From Bacilli bacterium (GTDB taxonomy: Bacteria > Bacillota_I > Bacilli_A > RFN20 > CAG-826), in assembly GCA_017479485.1 (NCBI GenBank), contig JAFVCC010000084.1, forward strand, positions 17,958 to 81,957: DNA of 64,000 nt, given 5' to 3'. Positions 1 through 9,015 of this stretch are shown in pieces. The position numbers and the translations under genes were made by a program. Within the stretch, counting starts at the first letter, position 1, and every line of letters starts with the position of its first letter. The notes below the pieces were generated by a model that saw only the letters and a program-made list of their open reading frames with translations, was not told the origin of the DNA and did not search any database.

Positions 1-246
1 GTTGACGTCGATATGGACCTTATCGTAGGTGTGGCGGGAACGGAGATCCCAGACATTTTCGCCCAAAACGACAAAGCGTCCGGACATGGAGAGGTCGGTA
101 TAGAACCTCCCGATACGTTGCGATTCCTCTTCAGCGGAGATGTCGAGGTCAGCCTTGACTTGCCCCCAGAGGTCGACGAATTTCATTTCTTTGCCTTCAG
201 CGGTAAGAACGCGTTCGGCGGCGTCCAACATGGATCCTTCTTTCAT
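1..246 (-). CDS. rpoE: DNA-directed RNA polymerase delta subunit RpoE (N-terminal part; gene continues beyond the window start)
   Basis: rc of 1..246 translates MKEGSMLDAAERVLTAEGKEMKFVDLWGQVKADLDISAEEESQRIGRFYTDLSMSGRFVVLGENVWDLRSRH. This matches the conserved RpoE N-domain block [27 protein letters not shown] of B. subtilis. It was not in the ORF track because it runs off the window edge. Confidence 0.8.
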   Translation of the reverse strand, partial: MKEGSMLDAAERVLTAEGKEMKFVDLWGQVKADLDISAEEESQRIGRFYTDLSMSGRFVVLGENVWDLRSRHTYDKVHIDVN

Positions 247-280
247 GGATTGGTTTCCTTTCTATGCGTGCGTAATTATC

Positions 281-1903
281 TCACATCTTTTCGGGACTGG
301 AGACCCCCAAGATTCCCAAAGCGTTGGAAAGGGTGATCTTCGCCGCCTTCACCAAGGCCAGACGTGAACGGGTCAAGGGAAGGTTCTCGCGGTCGATGAC
401 GCGGTTATGGGCATAGAACTCATGGACGAGTCCCGCGAGGGTATGGATGTAGGCGCTGATGCGGTATGGGGCGCGTTCCCTAGCCGCTCCTTCAATCGCG
501 TTGCCGAAATCGGCGATGTGCTTGAGGATGGCGGTTTCTTGCTCGTTGCCAAGCAGGCTTCCACTTTCGTCGATGCCGATGTCTTCGCCAAGGTTCAATA
601 ACGAGCAGCAACGGGCATGCGCATATTGGGCGTAGTAGACCGGGTTGGCGCTGCTTTGCTCCAAGGCGAGATTGTAATCGAAGTCGAGGTGGGTGGATGG
701 GGAGCGTTCCACGAAGAGGTAACGCACGGCGTCGACCCCCACTTCCTCAACGAGTTCGTGATGGGAGATGGCTTTGCCGGTGCGCTTGGACATCTTGACC
801 TCTTCGCCATCGCGGTAGGTCTTGACCATCTGGACGAGGTCGACTTCGAGGGCGTCAGGGGAATATCCTTTCATCGCCAAAGCGGACTTCATGCGGTTGA
901 TATAACCGTGGTGATCCGCGCCGAGGACGTCGATCAGCAAGTCGAAGCCACGGCTCATCTTGTCGTAATGGTAGGCGATATCCGGCATGAAATAGGTATA
1001 TTGCCCATTGCTTTTGATGATGGGGCGGTCCTTGTCGTCGAGGAAGGCGCTGGTTTTGAGGTAGGTCGCGCCTTGGTCGACGTAGGTATATTCCTTGAGT
1101 TCGTCGATGGTCTTCTCGATACGGCCGTCCTTGCGGATGTCGGATTCATAGGAGAAGCGGTCGAAATGGATGCGGAAATTGGTGAGTTCCGCTTTGATTT
1201 TGGCGAGTTCCGCATCGATGCCATAACGGATGAAGAAGTCATGGGATTCCTCGTTATCGACGAGGTATTTGTCGCCAAATTTCTCGCGGATCGACTTCGC
1301 GATGTCGATGAGGTCGACACCATGGTAGTCGTCATCGCCGAGCTCAAGCGGCTCGCCATAGAGTTCATGGTAACGGCAGCGGAGCGAATGGCCGAGATGC
1401 TCGACCTGGTTGCCGCAGTCGTTGACGTAATATTCGCGGGTGACGTCATAGCCCGCCCAGATGAGCGTCTCGGCGAGGGAATCGCCAAACGCGCCGATGC
1501 GGGTGTGGCCGAGGTGGATGTCGCCGGTAGGGTTGGCCGAGAAGAACTCGACGTTCACCTTCACGCCTTTGCTCGGCCGGCGGCCATAATCCTTCCCGAG
1601 ACGGAAGACGTCGGCCAATACGGTGGTCATCGCGTCGGCATGGAGGAAGAAGTTGATAAAGCCTGGGCCCGCCACTTCCACTTTATCGATGGCGGAATCA
1701 TTGAGTTTTGCAGCGAATTCCGTCGCGAAAGCGCGCGGATTCATGCCGAGTTGCTTGCCATAGCGGAGGGCGAGGTTGGTCGCGTAATCGCCATGGGCGG
1801 GGTCTTTGGAACGCTCGAGGACCACGTCGCTCGGACTAAGCGAAAGGCCATATTCTTTTGCCGTGGCGATCAAGATGCTTTTGAGTTTTTCTTCATTGCC
1901 CAT
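281..1903 (-). CDS. argS: arginine--tRNA ligase
   Basis: 540-aa ORF. The N-terminal anticodon-binding-like domain, a class-I HIGH-like 'ANPTGDIHLGH' motif and a 'KMSKR' KMSKS motif are all present. Confidence 0.95.
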   Translation of the reverse strand: MGNEEKLKSILIATAKEYGLSLSPSDVVLERSKDPAHGDYATNLALRYGKQLGMNPRAFATEFAAKLNDSAIDKVEVAGPGFINFFLHADAMTTVLADVFRLGKDYGRRPSKGVKVNVEFFSANPTGDIHLGHTRIGAFGDSLAETLIWAGYDVTREYYVNDCGNQVEHLGHSLRCRYHELYGEPLELGDDDYHGVDLIDIAKSIREKFGDKYLVDNEESHDFFIRYGIDAELAKIKAELTNFRIHFDRFSYESDIRKDGRIEKTIDELKEYTYVDQGATYLKTSAFLDDKDRPIIKSNGQYTYFMPDIAYHYDKMSRGFDLLIDVLGADHHGYINRMKSALAMKGYSPDALEVDLVQMVKTYRDGEEVKMSKRTGKAISHHELVEEVGVDAVRYLFVERSPSTHLDFDYNLALEQSSANPVYYAQYAHARCCSLLNLGEDIGIDESGSLLGNEQETAILKHIADFGNAIEGAARERAPYRISAYIHTLAGLVHEFYAHNRVIDRENLPLTRSRLALVKAAKITLSNALGILGVSSPEKM

Positions 1904-2384
1904 ATTCGTCTCCTTTTTTGATGAGGACCACCGCGTTGGTGCGGATGGCTTTCTTTTCCCCTACCGCGTCGCAGCCTTCATTGGTCTTTGCCTTGACGCT
2001 GACGCAGCTTATGTCGACGTCGAGGAGCTTTGCGAGGCTTTCGCGGATCGGGATGATGTAGGGTTTAAGTTTCGGCGCTTCCGTGACGACGTTAGCGTCG
2101 AGGTTGATGAGGTGGTACCCCTTCTCTTTCACGAGGTCATAGCATCGCTTCAAGATGATTTTTGAATCAATGCCCTCGATGGTTTTGTCACTTGGAGGGA
2201 AGAGTTGACCGATATCTCCAAGCGCGAGGGCGCCAAGGAAGGCGTCGGCGATCGCGTGGAGGAGAGCGTCGGCGTCGCTATGGCCAAGCAAGCCATATTC
2301 GAAGGGAATTTCGACGCCACCAAGGATGAGTTTCCTTCCCTTCACGAGGAGATGGATGTCCTCGCCGCTACCGATGCGGATCAT
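1893..2384 (-). CDS. ispF: 2-C-methyl-D-erythritol 2,4-cyclodiphosphate synthase
   Basis: 163 aa with IspF blocks 'RIGSGEDIH', 'LLGHSDADALLHA' and 'ALGDIGQLFP'. It overlaps the argS start by 11 bp. Confidence 0.92.
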   Translation of the reverse strand: MIRIGSGEDIHLLVKGRKLILGGVEIPFEYGLLGHSDADALLHAIADAFLGALALGDIGQLFPPSDKTIEGIDSKIILKRCYDLVKEKGYHLINLDANVVTEAPKLKPYIIPIRESLAKLLDVDISCVSVKAKTNEGCDAVGEKKAIRTNAVVLIKKGDEYGQ

Positions 2385-3490
2385 ACGTGGAAGCGGAAGA
2401 AGACGACGTCGCCGTCTTTCATCCGGTAATCCTTTCCTTCGATGCGGAGCTTGCCCGCTTCTTTGACGGCCTGCTCGCTACCGAGGGCAACGAAGGCGTC
2501 GAAGTCATAGCATTCGCATTTAATGAAGCCTTTTTGGAAGTCGGTGTGGATGATGCCCGCGCATTCGGGAGCGGTCGCCCCTGTGGGGAAGGTCCAGGCG
2601 CGGCATTCGTCTTTCCCCGCCGTGAAGAAGGTGGAGAGATTGAGCAGTTTGTATGCGGCCTTAACGAGCTTGTCGAGGCCCGATTCCTTCGCGCCGAGAG
2701 TGGCGAGGAATTCATTCCGCTCTTCTTTGTCGAGGAGCGAGAGCTCATATTCGATTTGGCAGGATACAGGGATGCATTCCGCGCCCTGCTCCTTCGCGAG
2801 GGCGACCATCGTCTGATAATGGGCGCAATGGTCGAGATCCGCGTAATCCTCATCGGAGACGTTCGCGACATAGAGGATCGGTTTCAAGGTGAGCAGGAAG
2901 AAGTTCTTCCGCGCATATTCGATCTGTTCTTCGCTAAGTTCCTTGCATAGCCTCGCAGGAAGGCCATCGGAGAGCGTCTTCTTTAAGGGGGTGAGGATCG
3001 CCATTTCGTAGAGGGCAGTCTTATCTTTGCTAAGCCTCGCCTTCTGCTCCACTTTACCGATGCGCTTTTCCACGGCATCGAGATCCGCCATGGCGAGCTC
3101 GAGGTCGATGATTTCGACGTCGCGGCGCGGATCGACGGTGTTCTCGACGTGGATGATTTCGCTCGATTCGAAGCAGCGCACCACTTCGACGATGGCGTCG
3201 GATTCGCGGATGGCCGCGAGGAATTGGTTGCCGAGTCCTTCGCCTTTGCTCGCGCCTTTGACCAAACCCGCGATATCATAGAACTCAAAGGTGGCGTTGA
3301 CTTTCTTTAACGGCTCGAACTTCTCGCAGAGATAATCCAACCGCTCATCGGGCACGACGACCACGCCCGTGTTCGGCTTGATGGTGGCGAAGGGATAGTT
3401 CGCCGCCTCGACGCGCGAATTCGTAATCGCGTTGAAGAGTGTGGATTTGCCCACGTTAGGCAAACCGACGATACCAGCTTTTAGGGACAT
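2381..3490 (-). CDS. ychF: redox-regulated ribosome-binding ATPase YchF
   Basis: 369 aa. G1 motif 'GLPNVGKST', a TGS-like C-terminal domain and the typical YchF length. Confidence 0.92.
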   Translation of the reverse strand: MSLKAGIVGLPNVGKSTLFNAITNSRVEAANYPFATIKPNTGVVVVPDERLDYLCEKFEPLKKVNATFEFYDIAGLVKGASKGEGLGNQFLAAIRESDAIVEVVRCFESSEIIHVENTVDPRRDVEIIDLELAMADLDAVEKRIGKVEQKARLSKDKTALYEMAILTPLKKTLSDGLPARLCKELSEEQIEYARKNFFLLTLKPILYVANVSDEDYADLDHCAHYQTMVALAKEQGAECIPVSCQIEYELSLLDKEERNEFLATLGAKESGLDKLVKAAYKLLNLSTFFTAGKDECRAWTFPTGATAPECAGIIHTDFQKGFIKCECYDFDAFVALGSEQAVKEAGKLRIEGKDYRMKDGDVVFFRFHV

Positions 3491-3545
3491 GGCAGTACCT
3501 CCTTAGGCGTACGTATTGTACGCTCGGACACACACGTAGGGAAGC

Positions 3546-3590
3546 GAAAAAGGCAAAAAGAAAACCCCGATTTCAAAAAATCCGAGGTTT
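3546..3590 (-). terminator. putative intrinsic terminator downstream of the csp gene
   Basis: In minus-strand sense, CCUCGGAUUU-UUUG-AAAUCGGGG forms a hairpin (one bulge, one G-U pair) followed by UUUUCUUUUUGCCUUUUUC. Confidence 0.5.
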
Positions 3591-3620
3591 CTAATGCAAT
3601 GCTTGTGAAAGAGTAAGGAC

Positions 3621-3821
3621 TTACGCGATCTTGGTGACTTTGCAAGCGCGGGGGCCACGAGTGGATTCTTCGGTCTCGAATTCAACTTCCTCGCCTTTTT
3701 CGGCGGTCTTGAAATCGTCCATCACAATCGCGGAATAATGGAAAAAGTAATCCTTGCCGTCTTCACCGTGGATGAAGCCAAAGCCTTTTTCCTTATCGAA
3801 CATTTTGACAGTGCCCTTCAT
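3621..3821 (-). CDS. cold-shock protein, CspA family
   Basis: 66 aa 'MKGTVKMFDKEKGFGFI...DYFFHYSAI' carrying the RNP1/RNP2 cold-shock domain motifs. Confidence 0.95.
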   Translation of the reverse strand: MKGTVKMFDKEKGFGFIHGEDGKDYFFHYSAIVMDDFKTAEKGEEVEFETEESTRGPRACKVTKIA

Positions 3822-3890
3822 GTGTATTTAGCCTTTCCGGAATTCCCTTATATAGAACGGGCTACATGGTACAACGAATTTCGATGGATT

Positions 3891-6698
3891 CTATATACGT
3901 TTCGCGTCTTTTTTACATATTTTTAAACGTAGATTGGTAGAAATTCCCAATATGATAAAAAACGTGAATCCTAGACAAGCTAAGGCGCACGCGCCTAGGG
4001 GCGCAAGAGGAATCGAGAGCGAAGCTTTCGCGTGGAATGTCGAGGCGATATAGACCTTGGTCATCATTTCGGCGGCAACCATCATGGCAAGGCTCGATAG
4101 CAATGCCCCCGATGCATAGATTAAGCACTGGGCATGGTAGGAACGCGCAATATCCTTTTGGCTTAGTCCGAGCACCGAAAGCATGCGTGCCTCCCCCGCG
4201 TTTTCGTTGATGCTGATGGTCATGACGATTAAGAATAACAATGCGCTCATGGCTAAGGCAAACGCCGAGAAAGCACCGAGGATCGTGCTGATATAAGAAA
4301 GGGTTGAGGCGATGGAAGAAGCGATCTCTTCGGCGGGATTGCTGAAGGAGAAATCGCCATATGTCTTGCCCAAACGCTCCACCACCGCTTTCGCGTCAGC
4401 CCCTTCCTTCAACGAGAATACCGCCCCATAAGGTTCGAGGTAGAAAGAGGACATGCCAAGTTCTTCCAGGAAGAAATCCACCGTCCAATCATCCATCACA
4501 AAAAGGGTGTCATAGGCCGCGTCGGCAGCCACAGTAACCTTGATGGGCGCGATCCCAAAGTGGCGAACATAAGAACGGCCGACCTCTTCCGAAGAGATTT
4601 CCGCGGCGACATAGACTTCTTTGGGGCGGCCCCAAGATTCCCATAACCCTTTGGATAAGGCACACTCCTCGCAGCTTTTTGGGCGATGCTCCGCCGGCAA
4701 AATAGATAGATCCGAGCTGAGGCGAAGTCCACCGCTTCCCGCGGCAAGAACCGAGCCATCTTTCACCCGAGGCAGCATTTCGCCTGGAAGGTGAGCAGAT
4801 TCCAGGGGAAGATCGCTATAAAAATCGACCATGCCCTCCGCGGTTTCATAATCGCCGCAAAGGAAGAACTTCCCCATGAACCCCATCGCTAATGAGCCCG
4901 ATTCCGCATAATACCCGCCGACGCTGACCACCTCGCGTCCCGCGATTTCGGGGCAAAGGTCCATGATTTCATCGAGTTTGGCAAAGCCGACGCCAGTTTT
5001 ATCCGCGCCATAAAGGTAGAGCCGTTTTTGTTTGCAGGGCGTTCCAACGGTGCACTGGGTAGAGAGATAGGTTTCATTCGCCCGTTCATAAAGAAGATGC
5101 GACAGCGCCTCGTCGCGCCGGGCAAGGCGCAAAAACTCAGAAAAGGGTACGTCTAAATGCAAATAAGGGATCTCGAAGACATATTGCGGATTCGGGGTCG
5201 CTTCTTCAAAAGAGGAGCGAAAACGCAGCTGATCCAGCAGGATTTTGCGGTTCCACCGATGGTCGAGATGGTAGATGGTTGGGACTTCGCTTTCCATTAC
5301 GGCCGTGACGGTGAATAGTTCCTCGTCCTCAAAGCCATAGGATTCGTTCGCCAGATTCAAGATCAGTTCAAAGCCATGGGAATCGATGTAATCTCCAAGC
5401 GACTGGTAAGTCCTGAGAATATGCAAGTTGAGGCACGTTTGAAACATGGTCTCGTACGGTAGCCCCAGCACAATTTGGTCGACGTATAAGGTAGCTGGGG
5501 TGCGGGGATAGCATACCGGCGAAGCGATATCGTCCAGCCACAAAAACTCGTTGACGTGGCGCATGGAAAAGCCACTGAGCCGCTTTTGCTCCATCCCCGC
5601 CCAATAAGTGAAATCGTTTCTTTGGGCGAACCACGATTCATAATCGAGGTGCAAATCGGTCCCATAATCGCGCACCATGTCGCCGTATTCTTCGACGATG
5701 TATTCGCATTCCTCTAAACTCGCCCCATAGATGGAACCTAGCGGGGATTCGCCGCCACCGCGCGGGCTCATCACGACGGCGCTTGGCGGGACGATGGTCG
5801 AAAAGGCGGCGTTAAGTTCCTCGGAAATCGAGCCTGAAATATAGGTAGATAGGCCTAGCCCCGATAGCCCCATCGCGATCGCTCCTTCCGCAATGAGGGT
5901 GCGGAGGCGTTTGGCTTTCATTAAGTGGAAGGCGTGGAGAAATAAATAACGCCAACAAATGCGCTGCTTCCCTTTTGTTTTTCGCAAAAGGAAGGATTTC
6001 GGCGCGGTTTCGTTTTTCTCCACTTCTTGCCGCGTTTCCTGAACGAGCCGACCGTCTTTCATGTGGAGCACTCTCTCGCAGTGGCGGAGCGTGCGCTCCT
6101 TGTCGTGGCTAACGAGGATGACCAAGCGGTCGGAGGCGATGCGGCGAAGCAATAGGAATACCTCTTCCGCCCGCGCTTCGTCTAGGGCACCCGTAGGTTC
6201 ATCGCAAAGGAGGATTTTGGGATCGTTAGCTAAAGCGCGGGCGAGGGCGACGCGTTGCTTCTCGCCGCCAGAAAGCGTATTCACTTTTTGTTTGGCTTTC
6301 TTCTCCATGCCGAAAAAGGAGAGCAGGTCGAGCGCTTTTCTTTTCTTGTTTGCCCCGGTTTCCTCAAACTGGGCATCCATGGGAATGAGGACGTTCATCA
6401 ATGCGGTCTCGAGTTCCAACAAGTTAAAATTTTGAAACACGTACCCGATGTTTTTGAGTCGAAAGCGCCTCCGACGCGCTTCTTTTGCCTTGCGGTATTT
6501 CATGTTTAGCACGCGGACTTCGCCCTCATAGCCCACATCGAGCCCCGAGAGGATATTGAGCAAGGTGGACTTGCCTGAGCCTGAGGCACCGAGGATACCG
6601 ATGATTCCTTTCTCAGGTAAGGAAAAAGATACGTCACGGAGGGCGTAGGTGGAACCGAACTTCCGGCTGATGCTTTTTACTATGACGATGTCACTCAT
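3891..6698 (-). CDS. fused ABC transporter ATP-binding/FtsX-like permease protein (MacB-type), large extracytoplasmic domain
   Basis: Walker A 'GASGSGKST', signature 'LSGGEKQR' and Walker B 'LLCDEPTGALD' at the N-terminus. These are followed by a TM helix, a ~500-aa extracytoplasmic domain and 3-4 C-terminal TM helices. The start at MSDIVIVKS (ATG 6698) overlaps the upstream stop in an ATGAGTGA arrangement. Confidence 0.88.
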   Translation of the reverse strand: MSDIVIVKSISRKFGSTYALRDVSFSLPEKGIIGILGASGSGKSTLLNILSGLDVGYEGEVRVLNMKYRKAKEARRRRFRLKNIGYVFQNFNLLELETALMNVLIPMDAQFEETGANKKRKALDLLSFFGMEKKAKQKVNTLSGGEKQRVALARALANDPKILLCDEPTGALDEARAEEVFLLLRRIASDRLVILVSHDKERTLRHCERVLHMKDGRLVQETRQEVEKNETAPKSFLLRKTKGKQRICWRYLFLHAFHLMKAKRLRTLIAEGAIAMGLSGLGLSTYISGSISEELNAAFSTIVPPSAVVMSPRGGGESPLGSIYGASLEECEYIVEEYGDMVRDYGTDLHLDYESWFAQRNDFTYWAGMEQKRLSGFSMRHVNEFLWLDDIASPVCYPRTPATLYVDQIVLGLPYETMFQTCLNLHILRTYQSLGDYIDSHGFELILNLANESYGFEDEELFTVTAVMESEVPTIYHLDHRWNRKILLDQLRFRSSFEEATPNPQYVFEIPYLHLDVPFSEFLRLARRDEALSHLLYERANETYLSTQCTVGTPCKQKRLYLYGADKTGVGFAKLDEIMDLCPEIAGREVVSVGGYYAESGSLAMGFMGKFFLCGDYETAEGMVDFYSDLPLESAHLPGEMLPRVKDGSVLAAGSGGLRLSSDLSILPAEHRPKSCEECALSKGLWESWGRPKEVYVAAEISSEEVGRSYVRHFGIAPIKVTVAADAAYDTLFVMDDWTVDFFLEELGMSSFYLEPYGAVFSLKEGADAKAVVERLGKTYGDFSFSNPAEEIASSIASTLSYISTILGAFSAFALAMSALLFLIVMTISINENAGEARMLSVLGLSQKDIARSYHAQCLIYASGALLSSLAMMVAAEMMTKVYIASTFHAKASLSIPLAPLGACALACLGFTFFIILGISTNLRLKICKKDAKRI

Positions 6699-8730
6699 CG
6701 CGCAGTTCCTCCACAATCGGCGCGTGATGGAACGCTTTTAAGGGAAGATAGGAAGAAATCGCACCCAAAAGAAATGCGAATAAAAGCAACGAAAGGATCG
6801 TGAATAAAGGCACGCCGAGATAGTGGGAATAAGGGATGTTGATCAGGCGTTCGATATCGAATTCCTTCTTGAGCAACACATTGAGCCCGATTTGAAATAG
6901 CGGGGATAAAGCAAATGCGGCAAGCGCGCTCCCTAAACATAACGCGAGAGCCTCCGATACATAGATGGAGATGATGCTCCCTCGCTTTGCGCCAAGCACC
7001 GTCAAAATGGCGTTATCTTTTCTTCCGGCAACCAAGGAAGAATAAGAAGCCATCCCCAAGATTAAGCAGAGTCCCATTAAAGCGATGCCAACAAATAACG
7101 TCAGCGAGGAAGTAAACGCCTGGGAAAGGGAGGAAAACGATTGCCGCAAAGCATAGGAAGGCGAGGTCACTTCCACTTCATCGCCTAAATCGCCTTCATC
7201 GAGCAAGTGAAAGAGGCGGTAGACCTCAGAAGGGTCATGGAAAAAGATTTGTTGGGCATAGTTACCATAAGGGGAATCATCCTCGGCTTCGCGGACGAGG
7301 CTTTGGATGCTAATTTCCTGCGCCTGCTCTCCACGAACGAAGATTTCGCCGAGCTTCTCCTCAAGGGCGGAATGCGAATAGTAAATGCGCGGAACGTTAA
7401 GGAAACCGAATTCCTTCACGACTCCGGCTATTTCCCACCGCGCATCGAGGAACACCTCGCTTTGAATATTCCGGTAAGTCACCACGCTTCGGGAACGGAT
7501 ATCAACCATACCGCCAAGAAGATTTTCGCCATAGCGGTCGATGAATTCCTGGTTCACGATGCAGTGATGGAAATCGTTGTCCCTTGGCGCTTCGCCTTGG
7601 ATCAATAATTCCGACCCATATTCGGTTAACGTAATGTCGTAAATTGGCTGCATCGCGGTGGGCTCAAATTCGCTTCCTTCAAAGCGGAACGGAAGGGTTG
7701 AAGGAAGAAAATAGCTGTAATCGGAGGAGATATTGTCCTCTTTTAGCCCAGGCAAAGCATCCATCGCCTCTTCGTACGAAGGCCGCGTTTTCTTTACTAG
7801 CGTTAATGCGCTGCCGGGGATTTCAACCTCGCTACGCCGACTGATGGAGGCACTAAGGAAGAGCAGACTCTTCCCCTGCTCCTTCTCCATCGCGGGCATG
7901 TTACCGGCGAAGAAGCCAAAGCTCAGCAATAGAGCGAGGAAGCCCATCGTTCCCGAAAGGAAGCACATGGTGTCCTTTATTTTGTTCTTTTTCAAGTTTC
8001 GTAGCAGGAAAGGTAGCACCCATTTCTTGCCTTGACGGGTGCGCCTTGTTCGATACTTTGCCATAGGTTCAGGAGCCACCTCAGGGCCCTTCTTCATCTT
8101 GCCATCGACGATATGAATCACTTGATCGGCGTAAGTAGAGATGAGTTCTTCGTTATGGGACACCAAAAGAACCAGCCGCGTCGAAGAAATGGCTTTTAGC
8201 TCTTTCATCACCTTCTCCGAATTGGCTTCATCGAGAGCACCCGTAGGTTCATCCGCGAAAAGGATCAGCGGGTCGGTGACCAAGGCGCGGCAAATGGCGA
8301 CGCGCTGCTTCTCCCCGCCAGAAAGGGTCGACACGTCGCGGTCCATTAGGGACGAGAGCCCAAATTGCTCGATGAGCTCTTTCGCTTTCTTCTTTCCTTC
8401 GGCACGCATCGATAAAGGCAACGCGACGTTTTGAAGAACGCTTTCCCCTTCGATGAGGTTGTAATGTTGGAAAATCATGGACGCCTCATGTCCTAAAAGG
8501 GGCCATTTCCTTTCGGTGATGTCTTCGCCCTGCAAATAAATCTTCCCCGTGGAGGGACGATCGATGCCCGCGAGGAGGTTGAGCAGCGTCGATTTCCCCG
8601 ACCCCGATTTGCCTTTGATGGCCACTAAACCTGTGGAAGGCAACACAAAAGAAACCGGATGGAGGGCGAGAAAATCCGTAGTGGAAAGGCGGTAACGCTT
8701 GCTTAAATGGCGGACGCGCAGGAACGACAT
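6691..8730 (-). CDS. fused ABC transporter ATP-binding/FtsX-like permease protein (MacB-type), paralogue of the downstream gene
   Basis: Walker A 'GKSGSGKST', 'LSGGEKQR' and 'LFADEPTGALD', then a TM helix, a ~280-aa extracytoplasmic domain and C-terminal FtsX-like TM helices. Start chosen at MSFLRVRHLSKRY (ATG 8730), which has a GGAGG SD 11 nt upstream. Confidence 0.85.
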   Translation of the reverse strand: MSFLRVRHLSKRYRLSTTDFLALHPVSFVLPSTGLVAIKGKSGSGKSTLLNLLAGIDRPSTGKIYLQGEDITERKWPLLGHEASMIFQHYNLIEGESVLQNVALPLSMRAEGKKKAKELIEQFGLSSLMDRDVSTLSGGEKQRVAICRALVTDPLILFADEPTGALDEANSEKVMKELKAISSTRLVLLVSHNEELISTYADQVIHIVDGKMKKGPEVAPEPMAKYRTRRTRQGKKWVLPFLLRNLKKNKIKDTMCFLSGTMGFLALLLSFGFFAGNMPAMEKEQGKSLLFLSASISRRSEVEIPGSALTLVKKTRPSYEEAMDALPGLKEDNISSDYSYFLPSTLPFRFEGSEFEPTAMQPIYDITLTEYGSELLIQGEAPRDNDFHHCIVNQEFIDRYGENLLGGMVDIRSRSVVTYRNIQSEVFLDARWEIAGVVKEFGFLNVPRIYYSHSALEEKLGEIFVRGEQAQEISIQSLVREAEDDSPYGNYAQQIFFHDPSEVYRLFHLLDEGDLGDEVEVTSPSYALRQSFSSLSQAFTSSLTLFVGIALMGLCLILGMASYSSLVAGRKDNAILTVLGAKRGSIISIYVSEALALCLGSALAAFALSPLFQIGLNVLLKKEFDIERLINIPYSHYLGVPLFTILSLLLFAFLLGAISSYLPLKAFHHAPIVEELRDE

Positions 8731-8784
8731 AAGAAAAAAACCTCCTACACTCACATATAGGAAGTTTTTCATCGTGAGGCGAAA

Positions 8785-9015
8785 TTATTTGTTCTCGCTT
8801 CCCGGAACTAGAGGCGCTTCGTGATGGGCGAGGACCTTCTTGATCTTGCCGTTAAATTTGTCGCGGTCGATCATCATCACGTTTCCGCATCCCAAGCACA
8901 TGATCTTGATATCTGCACCAACGCGGACGATTTGGAAACGCTTGCTCCGCGCAAAACAGGGATGCGGTCGCTTCATTTCCACTTCGTCGTAAAGTTGGTA
9001 GGGAATCACATTCAT
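8785..9015 (-). CDS. DUF951-family small protein
   Basis: 76 aa 'YDEVEMKRPHPC...WQIVRVGADIKIMCLGCGNVMMIDRDKF'. This matches the conserved DUF951 pattern (D-I-V-E-M-K-K-P-H-x-C...IIR-GADI-C-C) of Bacillota. Confidence 0.7.
   Translation of the reverse strand: MNVIPYQLYDEVEMKRPHPCFARSKRFQIVRVGADIKIMCLGCGNVMMIDRDKFNGKIKKVLAHHEAPLVPGSENK

Noticed and set aside
13-336. 107-aa plus-strand ORF at the window start.
   Set aside because: It is antisense to the clearly recognisable rpoE N-terminus (minus strand, 1..246) and the argS C-terminus. It has no motifs.
617-1921. 434-aa ORF on the plus strand antisense to argS. Similar long antisense ORFs occur at 11587..12636 (vs miaB), 14654..15226 (vs rny), 35303..37330 and 37452..39158 (vs the lipoproteins), 55471..56214 (vs GH31), 58023..58904 and 58938..59711 (vs NRPS) and 53249..53950 (vs esterase 2).
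   Set aside because: They are shadow ORFs typical of ~55% GC DNA. In each case the opposite strand encodes a protein with unmistakable family motifs. The antisense translations are low-complexity and rich in Gly/Val/Arg/Asp, lack SD sequences and lack family signatures.
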